IMG/VR virus record: IMGVR_UViG_3300008267_000017 | Span: 1 to 64,000 of that record | DNA: 64,000 bases | Direction: 5' to 3' (one strand) | Origin: a virus | Lineage: Duplodnaviria > Heunggongvirae > Uroviricota > Caudoviricetes | Shown here: one piece after another, positions 54,102-64,000 of the stretch | How positions within the stretch are numbered: the stretch's first letter is position 1 | Layout: each line of letters starts with the position of its first letter | The notes under the pieces: model-generated | Seen by the model: only the letters and a program-made list of their open reading frames with translations | Databases searched by the model: none | What the model was told of the DNA's origin: nothing | Position numbers and translations under genes: made by a program

Positions 54102-57100
54102 ATGGCAATGACAACAAGCCAACTCTCAATAGTAGTTAAGTCTCAAGGTGTAGAGAAAGCAGCAGATGATTTAGTAAAGCTTGCTAAAGCAGCCTCGTCT
54201 GTAGATGCAGAGACGAAGGCTTTTGTTATTGCACAGCAAAAGTTGGATGCAGCTAATACAAAGACTTCTAAATCCTCAGAGCTATTAGAAGTTAGAATCT
54301 CTCGCCAGAAGCAAGCAATGGAGGCAGCTAATATACGTGCAGAACGTCTAGCTGCTGCTTCTGCAAACCTAGCAGCAAAACAAGAAACGGCAGCTAGTAG
54401 TAAGCTTGCTAAAGAGTTAGAAAGACAAGAGCAAGCTTCTATGAGAGCTGCTGCTGCGATGGAAAACCAAGAACGTCAAATGGTTAAGCAGCACATGCAA
54501 GCATTGAAGATGAATGATGCATATGACAAACATGCTAAAGGTTTAGATGAAGTAACTAGACGTGGTAACGTTTATATCAATACCTTACGTTCTATGGCTA
54601 CAGCAGCTTTAGCTTATGTTGGTGTAAACTTCTTCACAGATGTAGTTAAGCAAGCAGATGCTTGGAGTATGATGCAATCTAAACTGTCTCTAGCTGTTGG
54701 GGGAATGGAAGCAGCTAAGAGAGCACAAACCGATTTGTACGAGATATCTCAAAGACTTAGAGTACCTATCGAAGACACTACTAAATTATTTACCCGTATG
54801 TCAGTTCCTTTGCAAAAGATGGGTAAAGGTATTATTGATACAAAAGAAGTAGTAACTTCCTTCAGTACAGCTTTAAAATTAGCGGGTGCAACTGGTCAAG
54901 AAGCTTCTAGTGCTATGTTGCAGTTCTCTCAATCATTAAACGCAGGCAGATTGAATGGCGGTGAATTTAACTCAATCGCAGAGGCATCACCTAACGTGTT
55001 GAGAGCTATCGAGGTTGAACTTGTGAGGGTTGGCAGAGGGGCAGAACTTTCTTCTCGTGGTTTGAAGAAAATGGCTGCTGACGGGAAGCTTAGTACAGAT
55101 GTCTTAGTTGAGGCATTGCAACGTGCAGCTCCTAAATGGAATAAAGAATTTGAAACTCTTCCACTCACTGTTGATGGTGCAATGACAAGAATTAAAAATG
55201 CTTGGCAGAAGGCTATAGGGGAAGTTGGGCAGGATACTAAGTTCAATGAGAAAATGGCAGAGTCTCTTAAGAAATTAGAAGATATGTTGCCAAACATTGC
55301 AAGACTGATTGGGAATACATTTACATTCTTAATAAATAATGGAGATAAGCTTTTAGCTATCTTTACAGGTTTGGGTATTGTCATCACAGGGCTTAAGATA
55401 GGCACAATGGTTACTGCTATGCAAGCAGCAGCTATGGCTATTAATGCCACTACGGGAGCTGCTGCAGGTCTTCGTGGTGCTTTGTTGGCAATCGGCATTA
55501 CTCCAGTAGGATTGGCTGTGACAGCGTTAGGTGTCGCTTTAGGTGCTTTGTATTTAACGATGGGTAAGTTTGCAGAAAGTTCTAGTAATGCTGAGAAAGA
55601 AAGTAAGAAACTGGCAGACGCTTCTGCAAAATTAAGTAAAGAATCAGATAACGAGAACTACTACCTAGCAAAACAAATCTCTTTGTTAGACAGGGCAGCT
55701 CTATCTCAGGAAGAATTAAATAGGTTAAAATTAGAGGGACTTGCTACGGGGAGTCAATCTAGAATTTCAGCAGCAGCAGATATTTTGCAAAAAGCTGAGA
55801 TAGATTTTATGAAAGCGAAGAAATCTTGGGACGAAGTAAAAGGTAACAAGAGTATTGGTGATTCTGGTAAATTCAGAGAGTTTAAAGCTGCTGAAGAAGC
55901 AATGAAAAGTGCTCAAGAAGCTTTTGGCAAATTACAAACTTCCGAAGCCCAAATTACTGAGAAAAAATTGAAGGAGCAGAATTTGCTTCAAAAGAAATCT
56001 CGTGAAGAGTATGAGGCAGAGATTAAACGTGGAGCTTTAACAGAGAGACAACTTCTGGAGGCTAAATATCTAGAAGAAGTTAAATCCACTGAGGAAAAAC
56101 ATTCGAAACTGCAAAACTCTGAATCGTCACACCAATTAGCTTTAGCGACAATTAAACGCAAATATTTAGAAGACTTAGAGAAGTTAGATAAAGCAAGTTC
56201 TCCTGATAAGTACAAAGCGTTAAGAGAGTCTACAATTGCTTATGCTAATACCTTAGAAGAGTTAAGACAGAAGTATGTTGAGTTAGAAAAGTTTGGTGTA
56301 GATGATAAGCGTACTCAATCTGAAAAAGAAAGAACTAAACTACAACTAGAATACGCTCAAGCAACTGACAAGGTAGTTAAAGCTGAAAAAGCAAAGCAAC
56401 TTGCTGTAGCTAGTCAAAAGGTTGTTTTAGAAGATGCAATAATTCTTGAAGCCAAACGTCAGAAAGACTACCAAGATACTCTAGAATCTTTGACAAAAGA
56501 AGCTGAAGCCTTAACGAAATCAGCAGAACAACAAGAGATGCTATCTGAGGCTTATGGTAAATCTGAAGGAGAGCTGTTAAAATTACGTGCAGAGAAAGAA
56601 GAGAACAAACTCACGGACATGGCTCAAAGAGGATTGAATGACGAACTTCTTGCACAACAACAAAAAATTGTAGATGCCTTACAAAGAGAAGCAAAAGCAA
56701 GAGATGAGTTAGGTGTTAAGAAAGACTCTAAAGAGCTTGCGGATAAGTATGAAGCAGACTACCAAGCAGCTAATAAGAAAATTGCAGATGGGTTGTATAA
56801 CGCAATTGGAAAAGGTGGTGAGAGTGCTATTAAGAAGCTGATTCAGGACATCAAATCTTGGTTTGCTAGACTTGTATTAAGCCCTATCATCAATCCTATT
56901 TCACAGTTAGGTGCTAGTATTATTTCTCCTAATGCAGCAAGTGCTCAAGGTGGTGTAACGAACGTAATGGAGCTTGGAAGCACAATCTATAAATCTATTA
57001 CAACTGGATTTAGTGCAATGCAGACATCTCTTGCTACTACAGTAGGGGAGATTGGTGCTTCGATGGGTAGTGAGTTTATGCTGTCTGTATCTAGTATGAT

Positions 57101-59309
57101 GCAAGGCGGTGCGTCAAGTGGAGCTGCAGGTATGGTAGCATCTGCTGCAAATATGATGCCGTATGTAGCAGCAGCCGTAGCAGCCTTTCGAGGTGTAAAA
57201 GCAATTAATGGAGATTATCGCCTAGGTGGATTGTCTGCAGATGCTGGAGCTTTGCTAGGTATTGCACCTCGCTTATTTGGTATGAAAGAGAAAGAGTTTG
57301 CAGCACAAACTGTGACAGGTAATTTGGGTACTAATGACCTCACTCGTAACCAAGCTTGGACACAATCTGGGGGGTTGTTCAGAAGTGACAGAGCAGACAC
57401 TTGGAAATACCGTCTCACTGATAGTACAGCAACAACTGCTGATGGTAAGTCATATCAAGATTCAGCAAGCATGACAACTGACAAGGCTTTATTGACTCAG
57501 CTTAATTCCATGTATGATGCTGTGAAAATTGCTACAACAGGGTATGCCAAAGCTCTTGGAATAAATGCTGATAGTATTAAAGAACGTACTGACGCAATTA
57601 ACTTTACATTCGGTAAGACAGCAGAAGAAACATCTGCCAATATCTCTAAAGCTTTTGAGTCTATCACAAATACGATTGCTGGAGATTTGTTGGGTAACTT
57701 GAAAGAGTTGGCTTTGCAGAACGAAACAGCAGCTCAAACAATGGGAAGACTTGCTACGAACATCTCCGCAACTAATGGAATGTTTAAAGCTCTTGGATAC
57801 AATTTATTTGACTTGAATGTTAATGGAATTAAAGCAGCAGACTCTATAGTAACATTGTTTGGTGGCTTGGATAAATTCCAGAGCATTGCTTCTGATTACT
57901 ACGATAAATTCTACTCTGAAGCTGAGAAGTCTAAAGTGAAGGTTGACGCTGTAACAGCATCTCTGAAAGAGCTTGGAATAGAATTACCTCCTTCAAGAGA
58001 AGCTTTCAGAAACTTAGTAGAAGCAGCACAAAAAGCAGGTAACAATGAATTGTTTGTTTCGTTGATGAAGTTGTCAAATGCTTTTGCTGATATAACAGAG
58101 TCTAGCATTACTGCAGCTAAACAATTACCAGAGAATGTCATGAAGATGTTTGAAGGTTTGTCTACAGACGCACAGAAATGGCTTGGTATCAGAAACAAAG
58201 CAACATCGCTGAAAGACTCAATAAGTACAGCAATGGGTAATCCTCAGAAAGACCCTGCAATCCGTATGCAACAATTATGGGATGCAATGTCTAAAGATAT
58301 TACACCAGAGCAAAAACTTGAGTTAGCAGGTGAATTGAAAGACCTCACTCTTGCTAAATACCAGCTTGAAAAAGACTCAATGACTAAGCTTATTGATTTT
58401 GGTAAGCAGTTAAAAGGGTATGTTGAAGGCTTGAAACTCGGAGCTTTAAGTCCACTGACAGTAGGGCAGAAGTTAGCAGAAGCTCAGGCACAATATCAAT
58501 CAACATTAGCCAAAGCTCAAGCTGGTGACACAAATGCCCAAGGTGCTTTGTCTGGAAAGGCTGATGCTTACTTAAGTATTGCTCAAACAGCATTAGCTTC
58601 TAGTGGTGGCTATATTGATATATTCAACAGTGTCACAGGTAGCTTAGACGCTTTGGGTGTAGAGAGTATGTCTGCTGCGGAGCAAGCCAATAGTATTGCT
58701 AGTGGGCAGCTTTCAGAGTTGCAAAGATTAAGCGATTTTATCTCTGGTATTGAGATGACAGCAGATAGCTATTACAACAGTAGTTTAGTTGCATTGTCTA
58801 CTCAGATTACCCTGATGGATGCTATGTATCAGAAGATGGGAATATTTGACGGAATGCTTGCAAGTATCGCTGGTCTTCCTGCAGAAATCGCAGCTTCTTT
58901 ATCTGGTAGTGCAACGGCTTCTGTATCTAACGATAAGTTCATTAGAGATTTATACCAAAGTGTTGAAGGTAAGGTTGGAAGTCAAGTAGATCAAGCTGGT
59001 TATCAGTATTGGATGAAAGACTTGCAAACTCAGACTAGAGAACAAGTTGGGAATAACTTTGTAATGGCTTCTGCACAAAATGCGCAAGCAGGTGTGGTAC
59101 AAAATAACACAGCAGCATTAGAAACTCAAATCAGTGAACTCTCTTTAGAGATCAAAGGCTTGAGAGAAGATCAAAATAAACAAACAGGTGCTTCAATTGA
59201 CGCAGCATTAATTACCAGTGCTAATAGTACACAAGCAATTGTGGAAGCTATTAGAGAGGTGAATAAGGGTGAAAGTTGGGATTCGCAAGTAAAAGCAGAG
59301 CTTGTTTAA
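54102..59309 (+). CDS. tail tape measure protein
   Basis: 1735 aa, largely coiled-coil and Ala/Lys/Glu-rich, with central hydrophobic segments. Follows G/GT. Confidence 0.85.
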   Translation: MAMTTSQLSIVVKSQGVEKAADDLVKLAKAASSVDAETKAFVIAQQKLDAANTKTSKSSELLEVRISRQKQAMEAANIRAERLAAASANLAAKQETAASSKLAKELERQEQASMRAAAAMENQERQMVKQHMQALKMNDAYDKHAKGLDEVTRRGNVYINTLRSMATAALAYVGVNFFTDVVKQADAWSMMQSKLSLAVGGMEAAKRAQTDLYEISQRLRVPIEDTTKLFTRMSVPLQKMGKGIIDTKEVVTSFSTALKLAGATGQEASSAMLQFSQSLNAGRLNGGEFNSIAEASPNVLRAIEVELVRVGRGAELSSRGLKKMAADGKLSTDVLVEALQRAAPKWNKEFETLPLTVDGAMTRIKNAWQKAIGEVGQDTKFNEKMAESLKKLEDMLPNIARLIGNTFTFLINNGDKLLAIFTGLGIVITGLKIGTMVTAMQAAAMAINATTGAAAGLRGALLAIGITPVGLAVTALGVALGALYLTMGKFAESSSNAEKESKKLADASAKLSKESDNENYYLAKQISLLDRAALSQEELNRLKLEGLATGSQSRISAAADILQKAEIDFMKAKKSWDEVKGNKSIGDSGKFREFKAAEEAMKSAQEAFGKLQTSEAQITEKKLKEQNLLQKKSREEYEAEIKRGALTERQLLEAKYLEEVKSTEEKHSKLQNSESSHQLALATIKRKYLEDLEKLDKASSPDKYKALRESTIAYANTLEELRQKYVELEKFGVDDKRTQSEKERTKLQLEYAQATDKVVKAEKAKQLAVASQKVVLEDAIILEAKRQKDYQDTLESLTKEAEALTKSAEQQEMLSEAYGKSEGELLKLRAEKEENKLTDMAQRGLNDELLAQQQKIVDALQREAKARDELGVKKDSKELADKYEADYQAANKKIADGLYNAIGKGGESAIKKLIQDIKSWFARLVLSPIINPISQLGASIISPNAASAQGGVTNVMELGSTIYKSITTGFSAMQTSLATTVGEIGASMGSEFMLSVSSMMQGGASSGAAGMVASAANMMPYVAAAVAAFRGVKAINGDYRLGGLSADAGALLGIAPRLFGMKEKEFAAQTVTGNLGTNDLTRNQAWTQSGGLFRSDRADTWKYRLTDSTATTADGKSYQDSASMTTDKALLTQLNSMYDAVKIATTGYAKALGINADSIKERTDAINFTFGKTAEETSANISKAFESITNTIAGDLLGNLKELALQNETAAQTMGRLATNISATNGMFKALGYNLFDLNVNGIKAADSIVTLFGGLDKFQSIASDYYDKFYSEAEKSKVKVDAVTASLKELGIELPPSREAFRNLVEAAQKAGNNELFVSLMKLSNAFADITESSITAAKQLPENVMKMFEGLSTDAQKWLGIRNKATSLKDSISTAMGNPQKDPAIRMQQLWDAMSKDITPEQKLELAGELKDLTLAKYQLEKDSMTKLIDFGKQLKGYVEGLKLGALSPLTVGQKLAEAQAQYQSTLAKAQAGDTNAQGALSGKADAYLSIAQTALASSGGYIDIFNSVTGSLDALGVESMSAAEQANSIASGQLSELQRLSDFISGIEMTADSYYNSSLVALSTQITLMDAMYQKMGIFDGMLASIAGLPAEIAASLSGSATASVSNDKFIRDLYQSVEGKVGSQVDQAGYQYWMKDLQTQTREQVGNNFVMASAQNAQAGVVQNNTAALETQISELSLEIKGLREDQNKQTGASIDAALITSANSTQAIVEAIREVNKGESWDSQVKAELV

Positions 59310-59329
59310 TATAACATAAAGGAAATAAA

Positions 59330-60805
59330 ATGGCAATTTCAGACGCAGAATACAACTCATGGCTTTCTTCACCTTCAGCTTTCAGGTGTATTCTGGTCGA
59401 AGCCAGTGTGAATGTTGGCGGGAGTGAAACTACTCGGTATCTCTCTAATCGAGGGTATGTTACAGAAGCAAGTGAATCTCCTGCCAACACGGCGTACAGA
59501 GCATTAATTGTTGGAGGTGTTAAGCTATCAGAAACTCTTTCACTAGAAACTAATGGTGCACTTTCGTATGGTGAGATTGAGCTTGACAATACAGATGCAA
59601 CTCTTGACTCTTGGTTGGAAGATGTATGGGAGAATAGAAGTGTGTCTGTCTACTTTGGTGATAGTAGATGGGAGAGAAGTGATTTTAGACTAGTTTTTAA
59701 AGGCATGTTAGGAGGCATTAGCAGCCAACGTAGAGAACGATTGAATCTGTTTTTACGAGATAGTTTGCAGCGTCTAAACACTCCTATTACAGATAGTAAA
59801 CTTGGAGGTACAACTCCTAATAAAGATAAACTTATCCCCCTAACCTTTGGTGAGTGTCACAATGTAAGCCCGTTATTAACAGACCCTGCCCTACATGAAT
59901 ATCAAGTGCATGGTGCAGCGATTGAAGATATTATTGAAGTTAGGGATAATGGTGCTCCAGTTAGTGTGACAGAGTATTTGTCAACAGGTAAATTTAGATT
60001 GGCAGCAAGTCCTGTGGGAACTATCACAGCTTCTGTTCAAGGCAACAAACCAAGTACGTACAGTAACCAGATTGCGGATAACATAAAGTATCTGGTGAAG
60101 AACTACGGGACTGTTGCAAACAGATTGACAGACTCTGACATTGACAGCACAAACTTTACAGCATTTGCTAGTGCAAACACAGCACCGATTGGATTGTATC
60201 TTTCGGATAGAACTAATCTTCTAGAGGCATGTCAACAACTAGCAGGAAGTGTTGGAGCACAAGTAACAATGTCCAGAGCTGGACTACTGCAGCTCCTACG
60301 CATAGATTTTCCTCCTAGCGGAACTCCAAGGCTGCTCGACAGGAATGATATTGTAGAGCACAAACTTGAAGTAGATAGTAAGCTTGATGTAGCCGCATCT
60401 GTGCAAATTGGCTTCTGTAAAAATTATACAGTGGAAAACAATTTACAAACTGTAATTCCAGAAGAACACAAGACATTGTACGGTGAAGAATGGCTCACAA
60501 ATACACAGACAGATAGCACAGTTGCAACTAAGTATAAATTGCTTACAGAGCCAGTGCGCAAAGATACATTGTTATTACGCTCAACTGATGCCTCTACAGA
60601 AGCAACTCGCAGACTTAATATTGTCAAAGATCAGCGCATTGTCTACAAAATGTCGTGCTTTGTTTCAGCATTCGATTTAGTGTTAGGACAAGCTGTGACA
60701 TTACAATACCCTAGATTCGGATTAGACGTAGGTGTGTTAGGTGTAGTAGTGGGGCTAGAACCTGATTGGATGAATTCTAGAATTAACGTGAAAGTGATGG
60801 TATAA
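59330..60805 (+). CDS. distal tail/baseplate protein (positional)
   Basis: 491 aa immediately after the tape measure. Confidence 0.45.
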   Translation: MAISDAEYNSWLSSPSAFRCILVEASVNVGGSETTRYLSNRGYVTEASESPANTAYRALIVGGVKLSETLSLETNGALSYGEIELDNTDATLDSWLEDVWENRSVSVYFGDSRWERSDFRLVFKGMLGGISSQRRERLNLFLRDSLQRLNTPITDSKLGGTTPNKDKLIPLTFGECHNVSPLLTDPALHEYQVHGAAIEDIIEVRDNGAPVSVTEYLSTGKFRLAASPVGTITASVQGNKPSTYSNQIADNIKYLVKNYGTVANRLTDSDIDSTNFTAFASANTAPIGLYLSDRTNLLEACQQLAGSVGAQVTMSRAGLLQLLRIDFPPSGTPRLLDRNDIVEHKLEVDSKLDVAASVQIGFCKNYTVENNLQTVIPEEHKTLYGEEWLTNTQTDSTVATKYKLLTEPVRKDTLLLRSTDASTEATRRLNIVKDQRIVYKMSCFVSAFDLVLGQAVTLQYPRFGLDVGVLGVVVGLEPDWMNSRINVKVMV

Positions 60806-60806
60806 G

Positions 60807-62444
60807 ATGGCTACAGTAGTAAATGATAGAGATGTATTGCTATTGGCAGCTTCTCCAAGATTGTTATGGACAGGTGTTAGAGGTGTAACTGTTGTTGCAG
60901 ATACAACCTCATTCAAAGTTAATAGTGGTAGCCCTACACCATCTTCAATTAACTTGACAGCTACATTAAACGGGGTTAATGGTAGTGTAACTTGGAGTGT
61001 TCCTTTCGGTACAGCTACTCTAACTCCTTCAGGTTCTACTGCTGTGCTGTCTTACGCCAATATGTCAAGTGATGTAATTACTGTAAGAGCTTCAGTCACT
61101 GACGGGGGTATTGTTTGGCAAGGTAACATTACAATAACAAAAGTGGCTAATGGCGCAAACGGAGCTACAGGGTCAGCAGGAGCTACAGGTGCTGCAGGAG
61201 ATAAGAGTAGAATTGCTTACACACTCATAGACGGATTTAGCTTAAGTAGTAGTCCTTCTACTAGTACAGTGTCCGGAGATTCTATGCCATCCACAGGTAC
61301 GTGGGGAGAGACTAGGGTATGGACTACTTCTCCTTCAGTCGCCAGTGTTGGACAAGCAGTGTTTCAAAGTACAGGTACATATAATCCAACAACAGACCAG
61401 ACAACTTGGGTAGTTCCTTATTTGAGTAACTTGAAAGTAGGTACACTGTCAGCAATTGTCACTAATACAGGTACGCTTGTAGTTGATTCTACAGGATACT
61501 TGAGAGGAGGTCAGACTGATTATGATACAGGGAACGGGTTTTGGCTTGGGTATAAGTCAGGGACGTACAGATTCTCTATAGGAAATACAAATAACAAACT
61601 AAGTTATGACGGAACATCTCTAGAATTTAGAGCCAATACCGGAAGAATTTATTTCGGTATGACAACATCCGATGCTACAATGGCAATCAACAGATTCTCT
61701 GGAGCATACTCATCTAATGCTCTTGCTATCGTAGACGATAGCACAGGTACTGGAGCAGCTTTCCTAGTGCAAAATGCAGGTTTCTTTGCAGGGCAGTCGA
61801 TGTGCTTGTTTCAAGCATCTGTCGGAGAGTCTCTGAGGGCTGTAACATATGATACTGCAAAATATGCAACTGTGCATCAGAATCTTGGAGCCACAACAGC
61901 TATTGCTCTAGCAGGTACAACTTATAGTGGATATGCGGGTAGTGGAGATGGAGTAATGAATATCGCAGATGGTTATTTACCATTTACAGGTATCCACATA
62001 TCTTTATTTGATAGAAACTCTGAGTATGAAATTGGAGACATAGTGTACTCGCATAAAGTTCTTATGAAGCCAGATATTAGTAACACTTTGCTAGAGGTGA
62101 AAGTAACTGATACAGAGAACAAGAAGAGTGTGCTTGGAGTTATCAACAAGGAATGTTTGTACGAAAATTACCTTGACTTTGATATGACAACATGGTATAA
62201 TTATCAAGAACTTTATGTTGGCTTGAACATCAACAGCGTTGGTGAAGGGTGTATCAATGTCTGCGGCATTAACGGTGATATTGAAGCTGGAGACTTAATT
62301 ACGTCTAGTAATATTGCAGGTAAAGGTATGAAACAATCAGATGATATTGTCAGAAGCTACACTGTAGCAAAATCCACAGAAGATGTCAAGTTTGATTTTC
62401 CAGAACAAGTAAAAATGATAGCATGTACATATATGTGCGGATAA
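60807..62444 (+). CDS. tail fibre/tip protein with a short collagen-like GxT repeat
   Basis: ANGANGATGSAGATGAAGDKS collagen-like stretch. Position in the tail tip cluster. Confidence 0.5.
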   Translation: MATVVNDRDVLLLAASPRLLWTGVRGVTVVADTTSFKVNSGSPTPSSINLTATLNGVNGSVTWSVPFGTATLTPSGSTAVLSYANMSSDVITVRASVTDGGIVWQGNITITKVANGANGATGSAGATGAAGDKSRIAYTLIDGFSLSSSPSTSTVSGDSMPSTGTWGETRVWTTSPSVASVGQAVFQSTGTYNPTTDQTTWVVPYLSNLKVGTLSAIVTNTGTLVVDSTGYLRGGQTDYDTGNGFWLGYKSGTYRFSIGNTNNKLSYDGTSLEFRANTGRIYFGMTTSDATMAINRFSGAYSSNALAIVDDSTGTGAAFLVQNAGFFAGQSMCLFQASVGESLRAVTYDTAKYATVHQNLGATTAIALAGTTYSGYAGSGDGVMNIADGYLPFTGIHISLFDRNSEYEIGDIVYSHKVLMKPDISNTLLEVKVTDTENKKSVLGVINKECLYENYLDFDMTTWYNYQELYVGLNINSVGEGCINVCGINGDIEAGDLITSSNIAGKGMKQSDDIVRSYTVAKSTEDVKFDFPEQVKMIACTYMCG

Positions 62445-62450
62445 GGAATT

Positions 62451-63284
62451 ATGAGCAACCGATTGAGAATAGTTTATAACAATGCTGCTGATAGGGCAAC
62501 AATTGCAGCATCCTCTACAGCAGGGGGATTGGTTGCATCTAATTTAAAAAAAGAGCGTAAGAGTGATGTATGGAGAAGCACAGCAACAACTGCTACTCTC
62601 ACTCTTACATACTCCACAGCAGAATTTATTGGTATGATTGCCCTTCCATTCTGTAATCTAACATCTGCCTCAACAATACGTGTCAGAACTTACACTGAAA
62701 CAGCGGATGTGACACCAATAGTTGACACAGGGTACGTCAGTGCAGCAGCAGCAACTCCTTTGGGGCTGTGGGAATGGGGGAATGTCCCATTAGGTGTGAA
62801 TGCTTATTCCTACGGTGGTGCAATCTACGGTAGAGTTTGGTTTGCCACAAACCCTGTAAAGAAGGTAGTAATTGACATTGATGACAGTACAAACACAGTA
62901 GGGTACATAGAAGCTTCTAGACTTGTTGCTGGAGCTTACTTCTCCCCAGAGCGTGACGCTGAATTGAACACAACTTGGGAGATAAGAGAGTCTTCTAAGA
63001 GTGAACGTAACGATGCATCTGATTTGATTACAGATATCGGCACGATCAGTAAGAAGATTGGCTTCAGCTTAGAACACATGTCACCATCTGACAGAAACTC
63101 TGTCACTAACATCTTAAAAGGTAATGGTATGTCTCGTCCAGTATTTGTTAGTTTGCATCCAGAGGATGATGACAGTAGTTTAGAACAATTGTATCAGATT
63201 TATGGAAAACTCCCTCAACAATCTACAGTAGGGATTCCTTACTGGAATACATATAACACAACATTAGAAATTGAGGAGATGTAA
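62451..63284 (+). CDS. tail protein (positional)
   Basis: ORF, coupled. Confidence 0.4.
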   Translation: MSNRLRIVYNNAADRATIAASSTAGGLVASNLKKERKSDVWRSTATTATLTLTYSTAEFIGMIALPFCNLTSASTIRVRTYTETADVTPIVDTGYVSAAAATPLGLWEWGNVPLGVNAYSYGGAIYGRVWFATNPVKKVVIDIDDSTNTVGYIEASRLVAGAYFSPERDAELNTTWEIRESSKSERNDASDLITDIGTISKKIGFSLEHMSPSDRNSVTNILKGNGMSRPVFVSLHPEDDDSSLEQLYQIYGKLPQQSTVGIPYWNTYNTTLEIEEM

Positions 63285-64000
63285 TGCCAACATTTTATGC
63301 AGGACAACCAGACTACATTGCGAAACTGAATGAGCTTGATGGTAAAGCTACAGTATCTTTAACAGGGACTAGTACAGACAGTTTAAGCCTATCAGTAGGA
63401 ACAAAGTCGTTTACCACAGACACACTGCTGCAGCTTCACCCAACTAGTGATATTAAGATTGTTAGAACTTCCGATGTAACAAAGTACATGTACGGTACTG
63501 TGACAACATACAATCAAGATACTGGTGCAATGGTAGCTGATGTACAAGGAGTCAATGGAAGTGGTACATTCTCTGATTGGACTATCACATCATCTGGGCA
63601 AAAAGGTGCTAAAGGACTGAACGCTAAAGGTGCTTGGAATGAAACCACAGCTTATGTAGCAGATGATTGGGTAACTTACTCAGGGAGCAGTTACTATCGC
63701 AAGGTGAGTGGAACAACTGCGACAGCTCCTGACGTAGATACTACTAATTGGGGTATTCTTGCTCAAAAAGGGGATGCCAGTGATATCACAGCAGATACTC
63801 TTGCTGCAAGCTCAGGTGCATCTTTAATAGGGTTTATAGCCAACGGTGTGGGGGCATCTGCAACAACTGTTCAGACGGTATTAAGGGGGGATAATGTACC
63901 CATTCCACCTGAACGAGGATACTGGAACGAAATCGGTGGTGGGGTTAATATCCACAGATTGCGGGATAGAGTATTTATAGGAGATGGGGCAGTAAGTTCT
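63285..64000 (+). CDS. tail fibre/receptor-binding protein, 5' partial (runs off the window end)
   Basis: ATG at 63285 overlapping the previous stop (GATGTAATGCCA). Open to the end of the window. Gly/Thr/Ser-rich. Confidence 0.45.

Noticed and set aside
1-64000. Prophage or lysogeny module (integrase, CI/Cro-like repressor, attachment site)
   Set aside because: No tyrosine integrase or repressor-like HTH pair was seen. The only recombinase is a small resolvase-type enzyme, so the element is treated as a virulent phage genome segment.

Overview
This window reads as a large piece of a tailed dsDNA phage genome, about 40 % GC. I saw no integrase or repressor, so it looks virulent. Coordinates 103-17826 are a minus-strand early and replication arm. 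It carries a T7-like primase-helicase, a family A DNA polymerase (interrupted), an ATP-dependent DNA ligase split by an HNH endonuclease gene, thymidylate synthase, a small serine recombinase, and a holin plus SleB-like lysin pair. Coordinates 17827-25200 hold divergent and convergent promoter and terminator regions, a roughly 480-nt ORF-free transcript candidate and a cluster of three perfect DnaA boxes. Coordinates 25201-37261 are a second minus-strand accessory arm. It encodes a metallophosphoesterase, a 688-aa orphan, a compact family-A polymerase-like protein with a nearby truncated paralog, a Thg1-like 3'-5' nucleotidyltransferase, a ClpP-like protease and PhoH, plus one plus-strand gene with its own promoter and terminator. 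Coordinates 37535-64000 are a plus-strand siphovirus-type structural module. It contains a tRNA-Gly, a large terminase interrupted by an ORF-less group I intron, portal, GIY-YIG endonuclease, prohead protease, scaffold, capsid, major tail protein, G/GT chaperones with a -1 frameshift site, a 1735-aa tape measure and tail fibre genes. The genome is heavily colonised by homing-endonuclease-like genes: one canonical HNH-AP2, three paralogs with a degenerate HNH plus AP2, and one GIY-YIG. Sigma70-like promoters with a TTGACAG -35 box recur throughout. All assignments are from motif reading by eye. No database search was possible.
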